DNA of 64,000 nt from Lytechinus pictus. Its lineage: Eukaryota. This document shows, piece by piece, positions 51,172 to 64,000 of the stretch (position 1 is the first letter of the stretch; every line of letters begins with the position of its first letter). The DNA lies in assembly GCF_037042905.1 (NCBI RefSeq), contig NC_087250.1, positions 8,310,001 through 8,374,000 of the forward strand. The letters run 5' to 3'. A model generated the notes under the pieces. The model saw nothing but the letters and a program-made list of their open reading frames with translations. It did no database searches and was not told the origin of the DNA. Position numbers and translations under genes: made by a program.

Positions 51172-52129
51172 TGCTTTGCGCGCGGATGAATTACTCTCAT
51201 GTGCCCATTGGCGCGATATTTTTTTCGTACTTCATAATTAGGTTTTTCATTCAACTTTTTATTCAATCATGTTAAGATGCAGCAATATTTCCACATGTTC
51301 AGGGATAAATCAAACATAATCTAACATTATAATTAGGGGGAGGGGGGAAATGTAAATTTGAATAAAATAAAATACCAAACATAGTATTTCGATAAGCCCA
51401 ATGCTTTTCAAATCTGCATATTGTAAACAGTACCCTTATTTGCATGCTTACAACCTCACTTACATATATATATCACTCCGCTGTTGTGAACATAAGCAAA
51501 TCATGAAATGCAATACTTATGCACCCAAAGGTTCACCATAATTTTTTTTAAATAGGCAAATCATGAAATGCAATAATTCTGTAACCATAAGTTCACCATA
51601 ATTCTGTGAAAATAAGCAAAAATGTAATACTTCTGTACCACACAACTTTATTGTAATCCTAAAGTAAGCAAACCATTCAGATTTAATGCTTGCATTGCAC
51701 ACATGCCCTCCATATTACCCTTGAGTGAAAATAAGTAAGAATCAATAAAATGCAAAAACTTTGTCATTTTTATCCAATTATGATATTTTTCCATTACTTT
51801 TCACTATTTATCATCTTTTCAAGAAAAAATTAGAACAATATAAGTCAATGTCTTTCAAAAAGCACTATTAAATAGAAATGTTTTCAGGTTGCCCTTGAAG
51901 GTGGTCGCTGAAGTCTGGGTTTTTAAACTCTGTGGAAGAGAATTCCCCATGTTAGGCCCTGCATGATTGGTTAGCAACTGAAATTTGTAAGAAATTAGAT
52001 GATGAGGATCGTGTATTTCTTTAGGGATAGTGATTATGCATCAAAGACTTATTGTAACTGTTTGAGACTAAAGATCACAAATAAAGTGCTTCTGGTCTGT
52101 AAGTTTTCTTAAATAATTCTATAACTAAA

Positions 52130-54955
<2,826 letters not shown>

Positions 54956-57309
54956 CTAACACACAAAGCCGGTATGTAATTGTTTGTGTCTTCTCAATGC
55001 ATTTCTATCACTTAATGCCTTACCACACTGATCACATTCATAGGGCTTCTCACCAGTATGGACTCGTTTATGGTTTGTGAGGATATTTTCTTGCCGAAAT
55101 GCCTTACCACAAAAATCACATAAATAGGGCTTTTCACCTGTATGGATTCGTTTATGGCTTGTGAGACGAGATTTTCTGCTAAATGCCTTTCCACATTGAT
55201 CACATACATGTACATAGGGCTTCTCACCTGTATGGATTTGTTTATGTGCTTTGAGATTAGACTCGTGTCGAAATGCCTTACCACAAAAATCACATACATA
55301 GGGTTTCTCACCTGTATGAATTCGTTTATGAATTCTGAGATGACTTCTTTGGCTAAATGCCTTACCACATTGATCACATACATAGTGTTTTTCGCCTGTA
55401 TGGATTTGTTGATGTGTTTTGAGATTACATACATTACTAAATGCCTTTCCACATTGATCACATACATGTACATAGGGCTTCTCACCTGTATGGATTTGTT
55501 TATGTGCTTTGAGATTAGACTCGTGTCGAAATGCCTTACCACAAAAATCACATACATAGGGTTTCTCACCTGTATGAATTCGTTTATGAATTCTGAGATG
55601 AATTCTTTGGCTAAATGCCTTACCACATTGATCACATACATAGGGTTTTTCGCCTGTATGGATTTGTTGATGTGTTTTGAGATTAGATAAATGACTAAAT
55701 GTCTTGCCACACTGATCACAAACACAGGGTTTCTCACCTGTATGGGTTCGTATATGGCTTGTGAGACGAGTTTTTCTGATAAATGCCTTTCCACATTGAT
55801 CACATACATAGGGCCTCTCACCTGTATGGATTTCTTTATGTGTTTTGAGACTAGATTCATGTCGAAATGCCTTACCACACTGATCACAAACATAGGGCTT
55901 CTCACCTGTATGGATCTGTTTGTGTCTTCTCAACGCACTTCTATCACTTAATGCCTTACCACATAGATCACACACAAAGGGCTTCTCACCTGTATGAGTT
56001 CGTTGATGGCTTTTGAGGCCGTTTTCTTGCCTAAATGCCTTACCACATTGATCACATACATACGGTTTCTCACCTGTGTGAATTCGTTTATGGATCCTGA
56101 GATTGGATTTTTCAAAAAACGCCTTACCACATTGATCACATACATAGGGCTTTTCACCTGTATGGATTTGTTTATGTGTTTTGAGAGTAGATACACGACT
56201 AAATGTCTTACAGGTTTTCTTACACACAAAGCCCCTACGGAATTGTTTGTGTCTTCTCAATGCACTTCTATCACTTAATGTCTTGCCACATTGATCACAC
56301 TCATAGGGCTTCTCACCTGTATGGGTTCGTTTATGGTTTGTGAGGATATTTTCTTGCCGAAATGCCTTACAACAAAAATCACACACATAGGGTTTCTCAC
56401 CTGTATGGATTTGTTTATGGTTTGTGAGAGGAGTTTTTCTATTAAATGCCTTTCCACATTGATCACATACATAGGGCTTCTCACCTGAATGGATTTGTGT
56501 ATGTGTTTTGAGACTAGACTCGTTTTGAAATGCCTTACCACATTGATCACAAACACAGGGCTTCTCAACTGTATGGATCTGTTTGTGTTTTCTCAACGCA
56601 CTTCTATTGCTTATTGCCTTACCATACTGATCACACACAAAGGGCTTCTCGTCTGTATGAGTTCGTTTATGTCTTGTGACATGGGATTTTACATTAAATG
56701 CCTTACCACATACATCACATACATAGGGCTTCTCACCTGTATGGATTCGTTTGTGTCTTTTCAATGAACTTCTATCACTTAGTGCCTTACCACACTGATC
56801 ACACTCATAAGGCTTCTCACCAGTATGGACTCGTTTATGGCGTTTGAGGACATTTTCTTGCCTAAATGCCTTATCACAAAGATTACAAACATAGGGCTTC
56901 TCACCTGTATGGATACGTTTGTGTCTTGTGAGATGGAATTTTATATTAAATGCCTTACCACATACATCACATACATATGGCTTTTCACCTATATGGATTC
57001 GTTTATGTGTTGTGAGACTATAAGATTGACAAAATGCCTTACCACACTGATCACAAACATAACGTCTCATTTCGAGTATATTTTCCTTGCTTCGTATTTT
57101 TAAAATTCTCTTTTCACCATGTGTAAAATCATTAGTTTTGCACATAGATTTTGGTATTTCTCCTTCAACAAATTGTAGAATGCTTTCCTTTGATGCATAC
57201 GATGGCAAGACAACACCATTAAGCCCATGTTTGTACTTGAGATGCCTTGCTAAGATGAGAGGAATAGCATAGACTGATCCACAGTACTCACATCTGTACA
57301 GTCCAGAAT
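54956..57309 (-). CDS. C2H2 (Kruppel-type) zinc-finger protein, terminal coding exon with about 25 fingers
   Basis: Tandem CxxC-x12-HxxxH fingers with TGEKPY linkers. Acceptor TCTTTTCTTGATAG ends at 57310, so the ORF-track Met at 57331 is probably intronic. Confidence 0.88.
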
Positions 57310-57339
57310 CTATCAAGAAAAGATGATACATACTCTTAA

Positions 57340-58359
57340 AGGGGAATGAAAACTTTGGAATAAGTCTACTAGGCTTTTGTCGAAACAGAAAAATTGAAGA
57401 AACAGATCAACAAAAGTTTAACCCTAACTAGGCCGGGCTTTTTTGGCTGTTCTGTGGCCGGGGGGAGGGTTGATTCAACCCCCCCCCCCCGAGATCTCGG
57501 CCGCCGATCGCGCGAGCGCCACAAAAATTTGCACACTGGTAGTGTGCGATGTAATCTACAAGGCTGTATGGTAAAATTTTCCAAAATAATGAGATTTAAT
57601 TTTATATGAATTAATTATGCTAATTTATGCATAAATCATACTTTTTGCTCTAATTCACTAAATAAAGCTCCTAGAATGCTAGTTTTTGGTAAAAATATTC
57701 TTTGTAGCATTCTTAACAATGGCAATTGAAAAAAACTTCGGTTTGGAAATCAATTTCTTATGTATTTTATTGTTTTATGAATTTCTTATGTATTTCTTTG
57801 TTTTTCAACCTTTTGTTTTTGTTTGTTTTTTTTCACCAGATTTATTGCACAACCTTTTTGAAGCATAATTATACTAAAATCAATTGCTTTCAGCTGTTTA
57901 GAGTAAAAATAATCATATCTTTATGAATAAGAGGAGAAAACTCAATTTGCATTGACTTTGTACACAAAATCACGTTTTGGAACAATTTTTGGTCTGACAT
58001 GCACTTACAAATGTTGCGTAATTTCGGAACCGCTTACCCGGGCGTCTCTACTAAAAATCTCTACTACATGCCCTCCGATAGAAAGAACTCATGATCTACT
58101 GATCTATGAGATAAAAGAGGCAATTTAAGTGAAATATATACTCAAGTAATGTGGAGAGTTGTTCACAAGTGACATCACACATGTTGTCGCATGTCAGAGT
58201 GAGGATCTCCATAGCATTAGTGATCGCAATATTTATTCAAATGCTCATAACCTTCTCATAATTTGTCTGATTTTTCTCAAACTTTCATTAACTGTTTCTT
58301 TGATTTTTCTGTTTTCACACAAGCTATCTTGTTCTACATTGTAAAGGTTTCATTCTCCT
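57340..58359. mobile_element. Kolobok-like MITE with a nested truncated piggyBac-like MITE (57422-~58045)
   Basis: TTAA-AGGGGAATGAAA ... TTTCATTCTCCT-TTAA; inner TTAA-CCCT start. Confidence 0.75.
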
Positions 58360-59163
58360 TTAACTATTCGAATAATTCTCTTAGGTTGACCTTTGCACGC
58401 ATTGTGGTGCCCGCTAGGCCTGGGAGTAAATATCGATTGATCGAATGGTTCGAATGGCTTGCTGCCAATCGCTAATCGATTAGCAAAATTTACACTAATT
58501 GAATGTTCGGCAGATCCCGATTAGACAATTGGGATAACTCGATTACTCAAGTAATAGTAACAAAATGACAAGATAAAAATGATAACAATTTTTTTTTAGT
58601 ACTTGATACAGCTTTAGAAAATGTTACCGATATAATTCATCAAAAATGAACAATGATTGTATCACATTCACCAACCTGAAAGAGGTCTGAACATTTTAAT
58701 CCCACCCGGCCTTCCATGCCCCTCGATCCCATTGACGAGTGGATACCATGCGCTACCAAAAAACATGTAAAAAGGATGTCTTTTTTCACGATAGGGCTCG
58801 TTACGTACGTAACGTGATAAGGGTGTCAAAAACACAAAAATAATGAAAAAAGGGTATCTAATTTCGCTCGGAATATTACGTGTTTAGGGTCGAATTTGCG
58901 GGGATGATAAAACAAAATTAAAATGTTTTATAAAGGATGTCCCTTTTGCCCCAACACTTTAATGTTTAGAGTCCGATTTGCACGAGGTGTAGAAGGTGGG
59001 GTCGTACTAAACCAAATGAGGTAAAGCCGAAGACCGAAGGACCCGTAACAATAAAACATTCCTGTACTTGTTTAGGGGTTCATTTCAGGGAATATTTGCC
59101 AAGAGTATCATTTTGTTTCCAATACTTGTTAAGGGTAGGGTTTCACATGCCAAAACTTGTTAA

Positions 59164-59604
59164 CCCTAAATAGACTGGGCTATTTCGACACCTAAGAAGA
59201 CTGGGGGGGGGGGGGGGGCTGATTCAGCCCCCCCTTATGATCTCGGCTGTCGATCTTTGTTTTTCGACTTTTTGTTTTTGATTGTTTTTTCAATGGAAAT
59301 CGTCAGGGACTTTATTTTTGCCATAAAAAAGATCAAATTAATTGATTTTAAGCAGTAAAAGCAAAAATAAAGATACATTTATGAATTTTGGCTAAAAACA
59401 CCATATGCATTGGATTTGTACACAAATTCACGTTTTTGAGTAATTTTGGGTCTGCATGCACTTACGAAATGTTGTGTAATTTCGAAACTGCGTACCCGGG
59501 GGTCACAATTTTGGTCTCAAAAGTTGCGCGATACCTGAAAGTAAAAAGTCAGCGAGTGACGCGGTCAAAAGATTTCGCGCGGCGGATTTATCGCGAAAAA
59601 TGTC
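59164..59604. mobile_element. piggyBac-like MITE fragment
   Basis: TTAA-CCCT start; reverse-complement similarity to 36767-37539. Confidence 0.6.
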
Positions 59605-59902
59605 TCATTAGGCCTTTATACCTGAAAGACGAGACAATTCAAAATCACCTCAAAATTTAGTGCGTAACTTTCACAAAGGTGATATTATTTTCATTTTTCA
59701 AAGGATACAAAAAACAATTAACCTTTGCACAAATTGCCCCCAAAACATTATCTGTCAATAGAGCAAATCACCATTTCAGTGTAACATTCTGTTGATTTTA
59801 TATTGCTAGGTTACATGTAGAAACATGGTAAATTCACAAACCCCTTGTCTCTGTCCCCTCAGAGCCCTCACTTTCCTCAATTTGGGGGCCACACACGCTT
59901 AC

Positions 59903-60278
59903 CCTTTTCAATTATGGATTGGAATTGGGTTGGAGTCTTGCTGCCTCCTGAAGCTTCTTCTGCCTTCTGATCACCTGATGATATTGGATCGGGTTGTGCC
60001 TGAGTAACTTCATCATAGTTCTTCCATCCCAGATCATTGATGTTCCCTTCCGCATTGTGATTAGCCTCACATATTTCTGCCTTCTGCTCACATGATGGAG
60101 AGATAGGATCACCTGACTTGGCTCTTTGGTCATCTAATAATATTGGATTGGTTTGTGTCTGGGTAATTTGATCATAGTTCTTCCATCCAAGATCATTGAT
60201 TTTCCCTTCCGCAATGTGATTAGCCTCACCTAGCAGATTGCCATCATCATCATACTCTGCCTCTAATTTTATAGTGAA
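59903..60278 (-). CDS. Upstream coding exon of the zinc-finger gene (376 nt)
   Basis: Acceptor TTTTTTCACATTTAG and donor GTAAGC. Open frame FTIKLEAEYDDDG...SIIEK ends in phase 1 and joins 57309 in frame (G+AT = Asp). Confidence 0.75.
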
Positions 60279-60449
60279 CTAAATGTGAAAAAAGGAATTA
60301 AGAAAAATAAAATTACTAAACATTCCAAAAATAAATTAAACCAAACATTTTGACATGTCAGAAAATGCAACAAAAACCAAAGACACCTGCTTGTTATGCT
60401 TAAGTTCTACTTAAGCACAAATCATCCGAAAGGTACACCGATTCTTTGC

Positions 60450-63400
60450 ACCAACACGCAGTCTCCCTGTATGCTTGTACGCAGCCCATCATATAATCAG
60501 CACCCTACTTCCTCATGTTGAGCCCATGACACCGAGACATATTGCCAAGCAAAGCGAGGGGCCAGTGGGAGGGACACAAGCAGGTGCCTTTGGTTATCTA
60601 GTAAGAAAATATGACACCTGCTTGCCATGCGACAACAACACATACTTAGCAGTGGGGGGGTGTCTAAGCAAGTAAGAGCGCAAAAAATAGAGAGACTACG
60701 ACATGAAGCTGAGGCAAGATCCAGCTCATCAGACTGAAATTCTTAAAATAAAATGACGTGAAGAGTTGGCAAAATGCCAACAGTGGCCCAAGAAAAACTT
60801 TTCAAGTGGAATACTGCGGAAGGGGTTCACAATGACTCAATACTCCTTGTATAGTGGGCCTTCGGCCTCGCATCAGAAGAGGCGCGTCTCTTCAAGATGT
60901 ATCCTCATAGGAAAATCTGAAGGGGAGTCAGAAACGACTCCACAAAACCAGGCGCGACTGATTGGTTGGAATCATGCAGATTCCACGCCTCTCCCACCTA
61001 ATGAGACCAGGTTTAATCCACAAACATGCGATGAGCTACGTCTAAGAACGGAGGCGCTTGAAAACAAAAAGGCTGTCTTGACAGATAAAATAAGCAAAGA
61101 TGCCTAAGCCAATGGCTCAAAGAAAGTCAAGATGTCAAGAACGGCCTCTAGGCTCCATGACAGGGCAAAACTAACTTGAGACGGAAGAGAAAAAGATCCC
61201 AAGAATCTCAAAGATTTGGATCGGAGACGTAAAGGGCTGCAATGGCTGAGCGATAGCCATTGATGTTCGAGAACAAACCATCTTTGTCGAAAAAAAACCT
61301 TGACAAGGAACCCAGCGATTGGACTAGGTCGAGAAATGTATTAGCCTATACTCGAGTTTTTCGGGCTAATGGCTAAAACTAAGCCATCCGTTCAGAGAAC
61401 TCTAAGGCCCCAGCATCCTCCCCGAGAGCGGCAAAGTATTTAACAAAGAACTGCTGGCTTCGGATACACAATTTCCGAGAGGGGTCGAGACGTCAGGTCC
61501 GCCCTCATGGAAAGGCGAGAGGTTCCCCCTCCAGACGGGAAAGGAGTTGGGGGAACCACAGTTTCCTGAGCCACATGGAGACCATGTCCGTCCTCCCTAA
61601 CATTGCGTAATAGAAGTGATAGTAACGCAAACGGAGGGAAGCGAAATATCTCAAATGCCTCCAATGAGGGAAAGGACATCAAGGAAGGTGGTCTGTTTTT
61701 TCACCCAAGAACAGATCAGCCACTTTCGGTTGAGAGCCATGGCAAACCGGTCTAATTCCAACGGCCCAAAAGGGAGAGACCTCTCGGCGGGCAGGCAAGC
61801 ATGACAAGGGAGCTCGACTAGTGCCATTCTGCTGGTTTCTGTAAGCCGCAGCAGACCTGTCTGCTGAGCGGATTAACACAGTCCAGCTAACCAATATTTG
61901 TTGGACAGTGTCAGGGAAAGTTGAGGGCAGCTTGCATCTCCAGCAGAATCATGTGTGTGCGGCTGATATCAGATCCCCGACACCATCTCTCCCGCATAGT
62001 GACTGCCCCAGCGAGGGAGGAAGTTGTCCGTCGACACCGAAGTGGGCGGGGGAGAAGTGTGAAGTGGCTTGCCAAACGACAGCGAGTCTACACCAGGCAT
62101 GTAATGGCAAAGAAGATGCCTCTGGAATAGCCTAAAGTGTAGGCGACAGTCTGATAACATGTTGGCTAAACCGGCCATGTATCCACAGAGGGAGCGAGCG
62201 GGGGATGTGATTGACCATACCCAGTCAGAAATGGGTTGGGTGAACTGGCTGAGAATGATTAACTCCATGCCCCAGCAAACGAGACGCGGGAGTTGAAGAC
62301 AACCCCTAACTCCTGAGCTACCCGAAGGAGTAGGGTGAGGTTACACCTCGGAGTCTGTGACGAGAAGCCAGTTGTTTAGATAAACGAACAGCTGCAGGGC
62401 TCTGCTTCGCCAATCCCAGACTGAGCGGGAGGGTCCGGTGTCGATACATCTTATCTGAAAGCCCCAGTAATTCCTGCAAATCAGGATGAATGGGGGCGTG
62501 AAAATAAACGTCCTGTAAGTCAAGGGAGACGGCAAGGTCTGACGCCTGTAGCAACAGAGGATAGGAGCCAATTTTTCTATTCGGAATGCTCCAAAGAAAT
62601 TGAAAAGTTTCAAGTTAACATCCTCAATTTGCCCAAGCATTAAGGGGTAAAAAATTGGGGATAAGACAAAGATGTGGATTGTCTGTTACTCTCTCGATCG
62701 CATCCTCTCCAGTAGTATGGCAATCTCAGTCACGATGTACTGTTGGAGGAGGATGGGGAAGACCACCTCACCGTGACATTGGAACGAGGCTTCTATATAA
62801 AAAAGAAGCTGTCCCGCGCGGCGGATAGGGTGAATGCGTCACCTGTTACTCCTGTGCGTAAAGGAAGTGGCAGAGACACCCACCAACTGGACCCCATGCT
62901 TGGGGCAGTCTGTCAAACAGACTGCTTGGGCTTGGCTAAAGCCCCGGCGGCTGACCGCCCACCTCTATCCTTGCCACCATGGGTAACTTCAGCCTGTGGT
63001 CTGGTTTATGATCGGCGGACCAATGGGGAGCTAGTCCAGGACTGAGACTCGGAGACACACCCTCGGGGCAGGCTTCCTTGTGGAAGGCACCGATGGGTGG
63101 GAGACCTTGAGTTCTATAAATGAGCTCGGCACCTGCTTGTAATCAATCCCTTCTTTGAAAAGTGAGGCCGCTCCTCCCCCGAAGAAGTCCTTGGGAATAA
63201 TCAACTTTAAAAAGTAGCTGTTCCCATCAGGCAAACCACGCCATGCCAGCCGCAGTGGCACATGTAGGCTGTATTCACTGACCTGTAAACCCGGCAGGGC
63301 TCCAGGAAGTGAGTAAGCTCAACCGCTGAGCAAGTATGGTGCCCATTTTGGAGATCCGACCTCTCTACAGCAGAGAACTCTGGGAAAAGTGGTGCCTAGT

Positions 63401-63620
63401 CTAGCCCTCACACGATAGAGTTGGGGAGAGTAGGAATTGTGGAAAAACAAGCCTTCTAATTTTATAAATAGAAAAGGAAGATTATGTCAAAGCCTGGCGG
63501 CATCCCCGCGAGAACGGCGCGTGTGTGGGCCTGGTACGCTGGCCTCTCGGATGCAGCCTTAAAATCCCTAATGAGCGAGGTGCCCGAGGCAGAAAAGAGG
63601 GATTCTTCCTCTCCATCTAC
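60450..63620 (-). mobile_element. Degraded DIRS-type (tyrosine recombinase) retrotransposon
   Basis: RT remnants SLDLQDVYFHAPIHP and VYLNNWLL (62340-62560). YR remnants WSLEAVLDIL..FEPL, KTAFL and KAHYTRSI (60780-61170). Many frameshifts; ends approximate. Confidence 0.75.
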
Positions 63621-63629
63621 GGGACCACT

Positions 63630-64000
63630 CGGGGGGGGGGGGGGGTGGTAGATGTGAGGAAGGTTCCCCTGGAGGAGCTCAGTGGCATCCTGTGCGGCAA
63701 GCGAGAGCTGTATAGCCAGGCGAGTCTGTAAATGGTTCTTCGGACATAACCTGCACAGCCCCGTAGATGACTCATGGCCAGATTCGGAAGTCTGTCAACA
63801 GACTGGGACGAAAACCTGTGTGTTGGTAGCACCTGCGTATTAGGGGGGGGGGGGTTTCTCGTGGAGATGAGATGAGTGGGCCGGGGGGGGGGGGTAGATG
63901 TGAGGAAGGTTCCCCTGGAGGAGCTCAGTGGCATCCTGTGCGGCAAGCGAGAGCTGTATAGCCAGGCGAGTCTGTAAATGGTTCTTCGGACATAACCTGC
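63630..64000. repeat. 246-bp tandem duplication with poly-G runs, running off the window end
   Basis: TAGATGTGAGGAAGGTTCCCC... at 63649 and 63895. Confidence 0.85.

Overview
AT-rich animal DNA, not prokaryotic. The repeat families look like those of a marine invertebrate such as a sea urchin, but this is an inference. The window is almost entirely a deep nest of transposable elements next to a C2H2 zinc-finger gene. Main architecture: a small non-autonomous LTR element (1714-45663) whose 5' LTR is split by (i) a 38.9-kb block bounded by 13-bp hAT/Blackjack-type TIRs and a perfect 8-bp TSD (1906-40809) and (ii) a 3.4-kb Harbinger-type element. Its 3' LTR at 45227 preserves the empty site of the 38.9-kb block. 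Its primer-binding site is an unusually long (~57 nt) antisense copy of tRNA-Leu(UAG). The 38.9-kb block holds an intact, apparently very young Ty3/Gypsy element (3555-11393, single 1893-aa gag-pol), an Academ-like element, CMC/EnSpm-like elements and many MITEs. Downstream lie a truncated BEL/Pao element, a minus-strand multi-exon C2H2 zinc-finger gene with a decaying duplicated 3' finger array, and a degraded DIRS-type retroelement. All comparisons were made by eye and no databases were searched.
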